A DNA stretch of 64,000 nt, taken from Eledone cirrhosa. Taxonomy: Eukaryota. Shown here in pieces: positions 41,021 through 55,772 of the stretch. The DNA lies in the NCBI GenBank assembly GCA_964016885.1, contig OZ024745.1:89466001-89530000 (forward strand). Reading direction: 5' to 3'. The notes beneath the pieces were generated by a model, which worked only from the letters and a program-made list of their open reading frames with translations, did no database searches and had not been told where the DNA came from. Made by a program: the position numbers and the translations under genes. The first letter of the stretch is position 1. The number at the start of each line of letters is the position of its first letter.

Positions 41021-41204
41021 TTATCTCCCCTGTTTACTGAAAATTGAAGTAAGTGAGAGTGTCACTACTCTAAAACAATAGCGTAAGGTCTTCGAAATGC
41101 TTTTAATTAAGCATACAGTGTATTGCAAAATACACTATATATATACATTCATATATATATTGCTATTTCAGAGCACCAATTCTAATTTTATATATATATA
41201 CATA

Positions 41205-42110
41205 TATTTCGTTTCTGAATTTGTTTAGCATGATTCCTTATCTGAAAACCTGTGTTGGAACCGATATTGTTATACTTTGGGAGGGTCATGTTGCCATAAG
41301 ATACACACGCACCAGTGATTTTACTTCAATTTATTATAAATTTCCGGTTGTATACACCTCTCTGTATAGACAGGAAATGCATAATCTGTAAGCTAAGCCC
41401 CCATATTAACTGTAAAACTAGAAACATAGTATATATAGCATAAGATGTACTGAGGGACAATGTAAAAATAATAATATGATGTACATAGGTGAGACAGCTC
41501 GTAGCATAGGAGAACGATTAAATGAACACTGGCGAGAACTCCAAGATAGAAAAGACTCATCAATACTCCACCAACATGATAAATTAGAACATAAGGGTAA
41601 ATTAGAGAACAGAGATAAAAATAGAATCTACACACACAAAAGACGCAATGTTTAGACAAATCACAGAGGCAATAAACATAAATGAACACCAATCAAAATC
41701 AAATAGAAAACATGATTGGAATAGCAACATCATAACTTATAAGTAAGGACAAAATAAAAAACACATACACATAGAACAAACAACCAACTAGTAACATGTG
41801 AATAAACAAATAAATGAACAAATAAAAACACACACAGACACCCGGATGTCAGACATGCGCAAACTAAGCACACAACACACACAAAAACAAGATGGCGTAG
41901 GACAGAACAAAGGAGAGGCACACAATAAAAATAAAGAAAATAATCCCAGACACTGAAGAGGTCACAGAATGTGTGACGAAAGAACTTTGACAATATATGA
42001 ACAACCATCCGGTCAGAAAACCAACCAACCAACCGGAAATTTATAATAAATTGAAGTAAAAACAACTGGTGTGTGTGATACTTATTGGCAACATGACCCT
42101 CCCAAAGTAT

Positions 42111-42116
<6 letters not shown>
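41205..42116 (+). mobile_element. Diverged PLE related to family A: inverted pseudo-LTR piece (41205-41370), then GIY-YIG remnant and pseudo-LTR
   Basis: YIGETARSIGER at about 41480. The 3' end matches family A termini. Hammerhead-like core at 41953-41989. Confidence 0.8.
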
Positions 42117-42155
<39 letters not shown>

Positions 42156-42543
42156 AGAAAAAGGATTAGGTAGGGTGTGAGGGAGGTAACTCTTGTAAAT
42201 GTTTGATAGGTATTTGTAAATGTTTGATTGTTCGTTCCAGTTTTAGTTTAGTCCGAAATTTACTGCATTAAGTAGAGGTTGGAATTTGTTAATGAAATAC
42301 GTTTCCTTATTGGTACGCTGGATGAAAGTAGCGTTGTCTATAAATTTGTAAATGTAAATGGGGAAAATTTTAAAGTTTGGATATTGGTTTATTTTTTAAA
42401 ATAACAGATTAAAGTTTAAGCAAAGAATCGCTGCGTTCACCATTAAAGGGATCTTCTGAAACTAAAATAAATAAATCTGTGAACGCAGAAGTAAATATTT
42501 CGAAAAACGTTACAACCGAAGGAACACTGGAAGACGATACTTT

Positions 42544-42826
42544 GGTTCGTGGAACGGTCCCTGGCAAAGAACGGCGGAAAAAAAAACGAAGATAATACGT
42601 CATTATTTGTAGCCGTGAAAACAATTACACACAAACACAAAACCACGTTTAAGGTATAAATGAAGTTGTCGACTAATATTGTATTGGGTGGTTCGTGGAG
42701 ACGTTCTATGGCAATAAACCGTAAAAACGAAGATAATACGTCATTATGTGGAGCGTGAGAACATTTACACGCAAAGACAAAACCACGTTTATGGTATAAC
42801 TGAAGTCGTAGACTAAAATTGTATTT
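42544..42826. repeat. Diverged tandem duplication, about 140-bp unit
   Basis: ggttcgtgga...aaacgaagataatacgtcattat...aaaaccacgttta...ttgtatt occurs twice. Confidence 0.8.
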
Positions 42827-43042
42827 AGGAAACCGAATGATCCTCGGCTTCAGAGTTAAGAATAATGTAAATAAATTACAGAGGATGCCATTAAGGGTGA
42901 AAGCAGCTATTCTTTGCTTAAAATTTAATCTGTTATTTTAATAAATATTTGGTCTATAGTTCTTATATATTTTATAGATATTTATCCTTATAGAGCCCTC
43001 TTTGGATTTTAGTCTTCAAATTTATTATTATTTCTGTATATA

Positions 43043-44590
<1,548 letters not shown>

Positions 44591-44591
44591 T

Positions 44592-44662
<71 letters not shown>

Positions 44663-44667
44663 GTACA

Positions 44668-45616
44668 TTATGAAGAGAGAAGAAACATTTAGATATAATT
44701 AGTAATAAAATGTATCATACCTAAACTGCTTCTAGATTCCTCGACTACGTAGTTTCGTGGCATAAACAAAAACAATACATCATAAAGATATAGAGCTTTT
44801 GCGAGGTCTGCCGACTTATCAAGAGGATACCTCGTTTTACTAGCTTCAAGAATGCGTCTATATGCTGTGAGAAAGAATCCCAAAAGGCGGAGGGGGAGAT
44901 AGTCACGTGATACAACGGTCAAGAAACAGAGCTAAGCCTCTTATAACCCCGAAAGAAATACCACAGAGGTGAAGGGGGTATTTATATCGAAGCCGTAGAA
45001 GAGGTGGTGAAGGGGGCGAGAAGTATGAGTAATGGGAGCTTTCCAGCAGTCACCACACTTCAAAGATTACTCGACCAGAGGGAGTTATGAACAATATATT
45101 GCCTCCTTCACCACCTCTTCTACGGCTTCGATATAAATACCCCCTCCGCCTCTGTGGTATTTTTTTCGGTGTTATAAGGGGATTAGCTATGTTTCTTGAC
45201 CGTTGTATCACGTGACTATCTCCCCCTCCGCCTTTTGGGATTCTTTCTCACATCATATAGACGCCTTCTTGAAGCTAGTAAAACGAGGTATCCTCTTGAT
45301 AAGTCGGCAGACCTCGCAAAAGCTCTATATCTTTATGATGTATTGTTTTTGTTTATGCCACGAAACTACGTAGTCGAGGAATCTAGAAGCAGTTTAGGTA
45401 TGATACATTTTATTACTAATTATATCTAAATGTTTCTTCTCTCTTCATAATGTACTTTTAGCTCTGATACTGGTTCAGTCTAATCCAACCGGATTGGTCT
45501 GTCCAAGTTATTCATAGAGCAACATCGGTTAAGGTTGGCACCATTAACTCAAGGATGGATGTGGATATATTCATGTATATGTGTGTGTCCGCAGGTATCT
45601 GTGTGTTTCTAAATAT

Positions 45617-45617
<1 letters not shown>
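44668..45617. mobile_element. ORF-less HHR element (about 581-nt family), head-to-head inverted pair
   Basis: 44668-45012 is the reverse complement of 45103-45450; same family as 58780-59930. Confidence 0.85.
45291..45380 (+). ncRNA. Type I hammerhead, U3-A8 core, enlarged loop II (mirror copy at 44738-44827 on minus)
   Basis: UCCUC UUGAUAA GU(C)GGCA-[about 46 nt]-UGCCAC GAAA CUACGUAG UC GAGGA. Confidence 0.85.
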
Positions 45618-45652
<35 letters not shown>

Positions 45653-45895
45653 CGTGTGTGTGTGTATATATATGTATATCTGTGTGCTGTGTGTGTGTGT
45701 GCATGTGTGTATGTGTGTATGAAAATATAAAACAAAATGAATTCAACAAACCTCTTAAAGTTTTGTCGTTGTTCATTTATTGTCATAACAATGTATATAT
45801 ATTCACATACACACAGACAGACACAAATATATATTCACATACTGACAGACAGACATATGTATTTTTATACAACTACTACTATTACTACTATTACT

Positions 45896-48055
45896 CAGGG
45901 CTTGACATGTGGTGGCTTCTGGGATGTGTTATTGTGGAGGGGGCGGATACCGTTCCGATAGAAGTTACAAGAACTGCCAGAGAGGACTGGTCCGGGGTTG
46001 ACCTGGAGATACGCCCGAGAATGTGAAGACAATCCCAGATCACATTCGCCTTCAGAATGGAACGCTCATTCATATTATGACCGAGGATACAAGGCCGCAT
46101 TGTTTTGTTTGTGGGGTAAAAACCCATTTGCGAGCCTTCTGCCCTCAACTGGTGAAAGATGCGTGGGGTCGAAGGGCTCCACTGCTGCCGACGATGGGGC
46201 GAGGACCACAACCAACATCAGCACCGGCAATACCAGCAGCAACAACACCAATAGAAAGACCACCACCAACATTGACCACCCAGGGGGGAAACGAGGGAAG
46301 ATGTCAAATCCCCCCCCCCCAAAAAAAAATACACACATCAATAAAAAACATAAACACACGCACAGACACACTTACAGTCTCTCAGACCCATCATCTACCA
46401 GTAGTGAAGATGAGGGAAAACCAAAATCCCCCAAAATACAAAAAAGGAAACGCAAAAAGAAAAGAAAAACTCAACAAAGCACAAATCATCCACAATAAAA
46501 ATTTCAGACACCACCCACGCAAACATCTCCCCAATAACACCAACATCAACACCACCATCACCATCGCCAGATTTCCGCAAACGCAAACAACCTAAACAGA
46601 CGCAAGAACAAATACACCCACAAACATCTGAAACCGCAGACACCGCACTCATAACGAACACAGACGCAACCGAAACAACACCATCAAAACCATCACCACT
46701 ACAGCCACGCAAACAAATAAAATCATACCACCAAAACATACAAAACTTCATGCTCGTCAGAAGGGCCAACAAGGAACTGATGGCCCTCATAGCACGAAGT
46801 GAAGATATACAAAAAGAGGGGAGAATTTTTAAATCGAGCACATTTTGCGTGCCGGAAGATTTGTTTCTGGTGCGAATGTCGCTCGATTTATATAAAAAGA
46901 TACAAGAGAGCTTTCCTCGAGACGTGGGAACCTCGAACGTAAAACCACCCCAAGGCTTTTAAAGGGGTTCCCAAAAGAAACCACACCAACTATGGAGGTC
47001 GAACCACCCGACCTTCACAAGAGCCCGGAAGGTAAGTAAAACTTTCCCCTCTCTCTCTTTTAACCTGCCAACATGGCCGTATTAAGAGTAGAATGTTTAA
47101 ATGTTCGAGGCCTGGGATCGTCCTGGAAGCAGGGTCACCTGCTCAACAACCTCAGGTCTCTAGAAATCGATGTAATTGCCGTCAGCGAGACCAGGATTTC
47201 CGACACGCGCGCACTAGCCCCCATTTTCGACGACTATCAGATCTTTGCATCTGTTAGTCGGCCGGGAATGGGAGGCGGGGTGGCAGTGCTTTTTGGGAAA
47301 GGCCTGGATCTCGATGTAAGGTCGATCTTCCGGAACCGGGACGGGAATTTGGTGGTGCTGGACGTGAACAATAACGATGGTGGTGTCTTTAGACTGGTGG
47401 CCGTCTACGCCACTACTGGGGCAGGACGGCCGGACTTCTTTAGACGCCTGGAATCATTTCTGGGTACGTCTCGCCCTTTACTGTTAGCGGGGGACTGGAA
47501 CGGCATCTTAGACGCACGCTAGGACTGTGTGGGTGTATCCGATAGGAGCGGGGGGGGGTGCATAAGCCTCAAGTACCTGATCAGCCAGTTCCAACTGTCT
47601 GACAGATGCCGACTAGATTTCCCTAATGCGCCAGTGTGGACCTGGACTAACCGCATAGGGTCATCTAGATCGTATATAGACAGGATATTCATTATCAAAA
47701 TAGACAGAAATAGTGTAAGCTGTCCACGTTTTAAAACGGTCGCCTATTCAGATCACAAGTTAGTGTGGGTAGAGATTGACTCTGGTCATGCGACTGTAGG
47801 TGGGTAAATTTTAGGAGGAGAGGGGTGCCCTTCCAGGGTTCTCTCGAAGCGTAGGTTCGTTCAGGATTGGTGGGGTACCTGAGCGAACCCTGGGTGATCA
47901 TCCCCCCTATTGGGGAATTTTTCTTGTATTTTTCTTGTTACTTTGTTATTGTTATTCATATTGTTTACTCGAATTTTCTGTAAAACCCCACTGTCCCAGT
48001 CTTTTGTATTGTCTCCTATATGTCGGCCCTTGTGGCCAATAAATGAAATAATTTT
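45896..48055 (+). mobile_element. Tx1/L1-clade LINE: ORF1 remnant, APE endonuclease, RT deleted, 3' UTR
   Basis: Knuckle-like CFVCGVKTHLRAFC. ORF2 47073-47807 with APE motifs LNVRGL, AVSETR, GDWN, SYIDRIF and SDHKLV (in-frame stop at 47520). Ends gtggccaataaa. Confidence 0.88.
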
Positions 48056-48180
48056 TAATCTACGTGAATGTATAAAATGTATTGACTCATATCAATGATG
48101 TTAGGTGGAAATACAGCAATAAATCGTAAATATAGTGTGAATATGTATACGTATAAACACATACGCACACACATACACAA

Positions 48181-48243
<63 letters not shown>

Positions 48244-48451
48244 TATAAATATATATATATAGATATAGATATAGATATATGTGTGTTATGTGTGTGTGTG
48301 TGTGTGCGCGCGCGCGTGTGTGAGTATGTCTACATGTGAATGTGAGGGTTTTTGCGGTTGCGTGTGTGTGTAGATATAGTGATTCTTACAAGTCTGTCAC
48401 GATTATTGATGTAATGTCTATATAAATGCTGCCCCACTCATGGGAAAAGCA

Positions 48452-48525
<74 letters not shown>

Positions 48526-48528
<3 letters not shown>

Positions 48529-50547
48529 TCACTTTCGAACTTAACTCTAAAAGAGCAAACTTCTTAGATGTAACACTTAACACAGGATTAATAGAGCCCT
48601 TCCATAAAAATAATGAGAATCTAGCCTACATTCGTTACAACTCAAACCACCACCAATCCATAATTAACTCCATAACACATAGTATATCCTTCAGAATATG
48701 CTACCTATCTTCTAACCTAGAGATTTGTAACGAACACGCAAACTATTATAACATAGCTTTACATAAGGCAGGATAAAAGGAGGAGCTCAAATAGATACCA
48801 GATAGCGACAGCAGCAACAAACCTAACCACAGCTACACTACCCACACCTATAGAAATAACAAACATAGGACAAAACATAGAATTAGACAACGAGCACCAG
48901 AAATAACTGAACCGAACACTAATATAAGGGTCCCTGGGTACTATAGAAGATCCAGGGATAGGAAATAATTATGGTTCAATCCAATATTCAACTCCTCTAT
49001 AAAAAACAAACTACCTTCTACATTCTTTAAGCTAATCGACAAACACTTCCCTAAACTACACAAATATCTTAGAATCTTTAATAGAAGAACTATCAAACTA
49101 TCTTACTCTACTGCAGTCAACATAGTAGCACACATACATAAAATCAACCACAAAATTATCTCTAAAGAAAATAACCTACCAACATACGCCATAGCACCAA
49201 ATACAAAACGCAAACACATAAAAACATCGCAACCACAAAAACATCAGAGCGCATCACAACAAAACATTAATAGGCCTAAATCTTAACCCACCAATAACAA
49301 AATCCAAAACCGCAACGGAGAACTAGCACACAGAAAAGACTCCAACTGTAACTGCCACCTACTGGATAAGTGCCTACTACAAAATAGATGCCTTGATTCA
49401 AGTATGGTGTACCTGTGCACTATAAATTCATGCAACTTTACTTGGCACTACATAGGTTCCACGGCTAGGGAGGTCAAAAAAAGATGGTACGTGCACAGAC
49501 ACTCCATAAAGAATCGTAGACTGGAGAACTCTACAACGCTGGCCAATAAAATCTGGTAGCTTAAAAACACAAACCAGGAATATAGGATTAGCTGGTCAAG
49601 ATTATCGGGAGCAAGGGCATATTACAATGGAATGTCCTATTGCAGACTTTGCAATATTGAGCTATTCCATATGTTAAGGTACGATAAGATGCTGTTTAAC
49701 AACAAAATAGAAACATCAATTTTCTGTAGGCACAAAATAGCTACCATGTTCACAAATTTCAAACCACCGTGATTCGACCCAGCAATCCCTAAATTAGAAC
49801 TGAACCACCCGAATTTTAACGTACGGAATACATAGCATCACACCGCTATTAGCTGTCAAACAGCCAACTGGTCACTAGATCATAAATCTCTTAACATCTC
49901 TTTCACCCTCTCTCTCTGAAACCACATTAAGACAAGACAATCAGCAAAACATTTACCACACAAACACTTGTCAATAACCCCTTTCAGCATCCACCCTTAG
50001 CCCTTGGGTCTCATACTAGTATCTCCCACTTAATTTCTAATTTATTGCTTTTTCTTTTATCTGTCATTTGTTACTACCTCAGATTCTCTACACGTATCTA
50101 TGTATGTTTCGAATATGGCTTTTCATGTTAGCACTACGTCCACCCCACCATCCTTATACAGGCACTTGCTCACCACCACCTCTATCATATTCTGTACTTA
50201 TATCCTCTCACTTATCTTTACTTCTTTATATTTTTATTATTTTTCCATTTTCTTGCTTTTTTATTGTATCTTTTTTCTTACTTTTTTTACTTTTTACATG
50301 TGTAACTTCTTTACCTATTTATCATATAGTTTATTATTGCTGTTATTGTTTTGAGTCTACGCTATTTCTCTATATATATATCATGCCATGTATAAATTAT
50401 TTGTATTCGGAGGATTTGAACAGAGGTAAATAATGTATTGGAGATCGAGTGACGCAACTTAGAGCGATTAGCGGCCTCTACTAGACTCACCTGATCAATG
50501 AAATAAAGCCCCTTGTTGTACAGCCGACCATGTTACTCTTCAATCTT

Positions 50548-50551
<4 letters not shown>
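48526..50551 (+). mobile_element. Degenerate Hydra-clade-like PLE (RT end, thumb, GIY-YIG, 3' UTR)
   Basis: NFLDVTL, YYNIALHKAG, IIWFNP, KHFP, CNCHLLDKCLLQNRCL, HYIGST and CRLCNIE; (TA)n at both ends. Confidence 0.85.
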
Positions 50552-50641
<90 letters not shown>

Positions 50642-50706
50642 TATAAGGAAAAGAGATGAAATCTAAAATGAAACTGGAGTGTTTTTTTTAAAATATCTTT
50701 ATTTGG

Positions 50707-50750
50707 TTCCGTTACCGGTTTCGCAGTTCTTGTGCTTTTCAAAAGTAGAA
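50707..50750 (-). ncRNA. Minimal hammerhead-like motif with U3-A8 core
   Basis: UUGAAAA GCA-CAAGAAC-UGC GAAA CCGG UA; helix I only partly paired. Confidence 0.55.
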
Positions 50751-51121
50751 TTGAGAAGGAGGGTTTTGTGGGTTTTCCCACAGATGTGAACCGTTAAGTG
50801 TCTCCTTCCCGGATATGTCAATATTTATAAAACAAACATTGTATTTTATCTGATGGGAGCGTACCAAAGTGTTGGTACCCTTGACATATATATAATAGAA
50901 TAAATATTGTTTTATAAATAGAGTTTCCATTTATTTAATATCATTGAATATTATACTCAAGAAAACCTGTCGACTGTTTCAAATCGCTTATAAACATATA
51001 TTTGTTGAATTACCAACAAATTAAATATCCCTTTTGCTTATATATATATACACACAAAGATAAACATATTTAAAGATACAGCGATGTGTAAGACATATAC
51101 ATACATAATTCGTAAGAGTAC

Positions 51122-51640
51122 AGGTGGAATGTTCGATTCAAACTTCAGTAAAATGCAAGCATAACAGACCGGATATAGTTATATGGGACAGAGAAACGAC
51201 GTCATGCACAGTAGTGGAAATTAGTTGCCCAGCAGATGTTAATATAATGTTAAAGGGCAGTGGATTAGCAGTATCGGTGGAGGTTCGGACACCCTTCTTT
51301 CCAGAATAGAGTTACGTCCCTTCAAGGTCTGAGTTCAAATCCCGCCGAGGTTAACTTTGCCTTTCATCCTTACGGGGTCGATAAAATAAAGTGCTAGTAA
51401 TACACTGGGACAATTGCTGGCCTTTTGCCAATGTAGAAACAATATAATGCTAAAGTTTAGCGAAAGGGCGAAGATTTATGCTGAACTAATAAGAAATCTG
51501 CAGATACTCCACCCTTAATATATCTTTAGATTTGTATCTGTGGATTGGGGTACTTGGATATGTTACTATTTGCCTTAGTACAAGTCTTGAAAGCTGGGAT
51601 TCACGGAACCAGAATCATCACGAGTAAATAGAAAGTTGCA
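51122..51640 (+). pseudogene. R4/Dong-type RLE fragment interrupted by a SINE
   Basis: KHNRPDIVIWD...VVEISCPADVN; homology resumes after 51455. Confidence 0.8.
51256..51440 (+). mobile_element. tRNA-derived SINE with 15-bp target-site duplication
   Basis: B-box gagttcaaatc; aatataatg(t/c)taaag at 51241 and 51441. Confidence 0.9.
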
Positions 51641-51766
51641 AGTACAATCCTTTAATAGAATGTAAAAGTATGTAAAAACTTTCAGAAATTTAACTTTGAG
51701 TAACAGCAGATATGCAAGTAGAGATGGAAGAAGATATGTATATACATTAAAACAAAACATCCGTAC

Positions 51767-51869
<103 letters not shown>

Positions 51870-51984
51870 ACTAATTGATGTCTAAATTCCAATGAGACTT
51901 GTTTCTATGTTAGAAACCGGCTCTTTCTATTGGTGAGAATTTATGAAATAATAAAACCAGAACTACTCACTGTATAGGCATCTT

Positions 51985-52850
51985 GAAGAGAGTTTAGCAA
52001 GGAGATGTATTATCAGCACTTCTTTTCTGTATAGTTATAGATGCACTTATCTACCAAACTGAAGAAGAGTGATCCTCTGGCTATCGAACAGGGGGTAAGA
52101 TCCTATCAAATCTTAACTATGCAGACGATCTGGCTATCATGAGTTACTCTAGAATTGATCTGCAAGACTTTCTGAATGTACTGGCCAAACATTCACTGGA
52201 GGCTGGCTTACACATCAACATCTCCAAAACAAAGTGTATGACAACTGATAAAAACAATGCCAATCTACAACCAGCAAATTGCTCAAGTTATAGAGTTCGT
52301 ATATCTCGGTCACAAACTATCATCAAACAACAATGGAATGGTTGCTGCGCAATATCACATCGCTCTAGGTTGGGCAAGAAAAGGAAATACTAACATCAAA
52401 ACGAGTTTCCTATCATTTGAAGGCTAAGATCCTCGATACTTACATCCTACCAGTTGTGTTATATGGTCTTGACTGTGTCAATTAGACGACAAGGTCACTT
52501 CAGAAGTTTTCTACATTCCAGAACCACATCATGAGACTTATTATTGGCAAGCGGCTCAGGGACCGTATCTGTATCAGTGTGCTGCTCAACATTACCAAAC
52601 TTAGACGAATTACATCAATTGTCAAGTCAAGAGTACTCAAACTATATGGTCATATAAAAAGATCGACTCGTGGTGTGAGTAGGTTATGTCTGGAAGGAAG
52701 GTTGGCTGGTAGGAGAGAAGCAGAGGCCGGCAGCCAAAACGATGGCTTGACAATGTCAATTTATGGACTCGACATGATCTTTGCTTTTTAAACTCTGATG
52801 CAGTCTGCAACTGGCGGAATTTAGCATCAAAGTAAGTAAAACCAGAGGCA
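51985..52850 (+). pseudogene. RTE-like LINE RT 3' fragment with (CATA)n tail
   Basis: LNYADDL, GLHINISKTKCM, EFVYLG and ILPVVLYG; frameshifted. Confidence 0.75.
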
Positions 52851-52933
52851 CATACATACATGCATACATATATACATACATACATACATACATACATACA
52901 TACATACATACATACATACATACATACATACAT

Positions 52934-53655
52934 CAGGAACAAGAACTCCCTACCAAATATCTGCTGCACAAAAGAGGAGGGCCAGCAGCTGACAATAAAT
53001 GTAGGCTATGTAAAACAAAGATCGAGGATGTAAGCCACATTGTTGCCAGCTGCGAAAGAATGTCATCTCGCTACTACCTCCCCATGAGACACGATGGGAT
53101 AGCTAGAACTATCTGGAACGCACTTCGGAAAACAAAATTAACAACAAACGAGGAAGAATATATTGAGACAGATGGCACTAAGGAATACTGGTGGAACCTG
53201 AAAATAAAAACTGCCACCAAATTAAAGCACAACCGGCCTGATATTGTAGTTTGGGACCACACATTGAAAACGTGTTCTGTTGTGGAGATCAGCTGCCCAC
53301 TTGATGTAAACGTTGTCAGAAAAATACAGGAGAAGGAGGACATCTACGGACCATTGATGAGGAGCTTACAAATCCAGTATCCAAGATACACCTTTAGCTT
53401 CATACCCATCATTATTGGTGCTACGGGTTATATACCAACCCGCTTGGACCAAAGTATGACCGAACTTGGATTTGCGGACAAAAAGCGCAGCTCCCTAATT
53501 CATAGTCTACAAATGGCTGCGATAGCTGGCACCTTCAAAATATGCAAAACATTCTTGCGATTCAAGGGATGACAATTTCTTTTCTTTTACAACCTTGCCA
53601 CCAGGAAGGTGGCCGGTCAAAAAAATATACTCGAAATTAAGAGAAAGAGAAAACA
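52934..53655 (+). mobile_element. 5'-truncated R4/Dong-type element (RLE domain and 3' UTR)
   Basis: ORF 53060-53572 with RHD, HNRPDIVVWD, VEISCP, KEDIY and PIIIGATG. Confidence 0.85.
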
Positions 53656-53932
53656 TGCATACGACTAGGATTCTTTATTTGTCTGTGCTATGTATTTTGT
53701 CAAATTTCTTGCTTCTTTGATCGATATTCTGTAATGTTAATTAATTTTGCCAATCTACGTTCTCTTCTTTTCCTCTACCCGTCACTCCTGCTTACTTTAT
53801 TTGGCATCAAATGCAATCTTTGATCAGTTCTGATATTCTATAGTTTTGTTTACTGCAACAAAGAATCACGCGGTGCGTCGCACCCCATTTCATTGCTGTT
53901 ATCGTTGATATTGATGGTAAAATTAAGATGAA

Positions 53933-53994
<62 letters not shown>

Positions 53995-53995
<1 letters not shown>

Positions 53996-54135
53996 TTCTA
54001 CTATAGGCACAAGGCCAGTAATTTGGGGGGAGGGGAAAATCGATTAAATTGACCCCAGTACGTTACTGGTGCTTTATTTTATCGACCCCGTAAGATGAAA
54101 GGCAAAGTTAACCTCGGTGGGATTTGAACTCAGTC
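53995..54135 (-). mobile_element. tRNA-derived SINE, 5'-truncated, with (TAA)n tail
   Basis: Family core sequence. Confidence 0.85.
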
Positions 54136-54169
54136 CGTAAATAACCAGTCAATATTTCTTATTCTAAGA

Positions 54170-54410
54170 GAAGGGCGCATAAATACTCGTGGCCTAGGTG
54201 TCGTCCTGAAAGCAAGGTCGCTTGCTCAATGACCTCAGGTAACTACGTATGAATGGGACTTTCACACCTTAGTCGACCTGAATCTCGATGTACGGACGAA
54301 CTTCCTGGGTCGAACAGTAAGTTGGTGGTCCAGGGCGTGAGCAATTGCAAAGTTGGTGCCTTGAAACTGGTGTCTTGAACATATCGGGACGGCCAGATAT
54401 CTTTATTCTA
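54170..54410 (+). pseudogene. Decayed Tx1 APE fragment
   Basis: Nucleotide similarity to 47095-47450. Confidence 0.55.
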
Positions 54411-55311
54411 AGAGCTTTTCAGTACGAACCTAAGTGCCTACACAGTAGATATATTTCTATTGTCTCTCCTTTTTCACATATAACACGCTTTCATCGCCAA
54501 ATAGTTCGCCTTGTAATGATGAGGCTAGTTTTATCCCACACGATACTGTAGCCAAGGATCGATACAAAAATATTGTGAGAGAAACTGAATGGATGTAAAC
54601 TGATTAAACTGTACCAGAAAGTCAAAGGGCCCAACATTTGAATAACGCTGATCCTCTCTGAATATTACATTAACCATATTATGGACTACTCAGTCATTTA
54701 CACTTTTGTTAATTGATTTACAAACAGGAACAGTCATCGTCGTAATTGACGATAGACCCATCGTTATACAGGTATTTGTTTTGATTATGTTAGTTAATCA
54801 GTGAATTACTTCAGAGATATTTTAGAATTCTCGGCAAAGCTATTCTGCTAGAGAACGAGTCACAGGTGGTGGATAGCGATACGGCCACTAGATATGATGG
54901 TTAGCTGCAATATAAGCGGGCATCTTGCCGGACGAATAAGTAACAAGCGGTAAACTACTAGGGGAGATGGAGCAATGGGTGATACCTGTAGTTTCCAAGA
55001 AGAATCTCACAACCTAGAGACGTAGCTACGACGAAGCGAGTGAAGCCCGTCTCCAAAATGTCTTCATAGGTTTAATAAAATACCAGATTTGGGACTGGTG
55101 CGTATAAGACCAGTGAAACTGCAATATGACGAGGAAAAAAATAACTATAACGAATAGTCCTTGCGCGGGTTAAGAAGGGATGCGTTCAGGCCATAGGTAG
55201 AGGGACCTGTTCGAAAAATATATTATAAACTCACGGTACTAAATTATCTAGTGTCTTAAGATATGAAAAGCAAGGCATTTATGTTTTATTTGTTTTCATT
55301 ATTAGAACTAG

Positions 55312-55772
55312 GGCGAGGGTGGTGGATTGGCAGTATTGGTAGAGCGTCGGACAACATGATTTACAGCATAGAGTTAGAGTCTTTTACAGTCTGAGTTCAA
55401 ATCTCACCGTGGTTAACTTTGCTTTTCATCATTACGGGGTCGATAAAATAAAGTACCGTTAATGTACTGGGGTCGATTCAATCGACTTTCCCCTCCTCTT
55501 TAAATTGCTGACCTTGTGTCTAAAGTAGAAACAATTATTAGAACGTGTATCATGAGTGGTGGATTGGCAGTATTGGTAGAGCGTCGCACAACATGCTTAG
55601 TGGTATGGAGTTGCGGCCCTTTACGTTCTGAGTTCAAATCCCGCTGAAGTTAGTTTTGCCTTTCATCTTTACCGGGTCGATAAAATTAAGCACCAGTAAT
55701 ACACGGGAGTCGATTTAATCGACTTTGACCTCCCCAAAAGTTGTTGGCCTTGTGTCTAAAGTAGAAACAATT
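55312..55772 (+). mobile_element. Two tandem full-length tRNA-derived SINEs
   Basis: A-box-like tggcagtattggtagagc and B-box gagttcaaatc. The central ctttcatc...ggggtcgataaa...tacc resembles the Meta/MESC SINE core as I recall it. Confidence 0.88.

Larger units (their letters stand above)
40527..41190. mobile_element. ORF-less 319-nt HHR repeat (retrozyme-like): inverted partial unit followed by about 1.35 direct units
   Basis: caatagcgtaagg recurs at 40757 and 41076; 40527-40758 is inverted; (TA)n flanks. Confidence 0.85.

Noticed and set aside
44689-45429. Duplicated 77-aa ORF MTVVSRDYLP...
   Set aside because: It starts at TTG, overlaps the hammerhead, and is frameshifted by a 2-nt indel in the 59.6-kb copy.
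55320-55410. tRNA gene
   Set aside because: A and B boxes belong to the SINE head; there is no cloverleaf and the SINE body follows.
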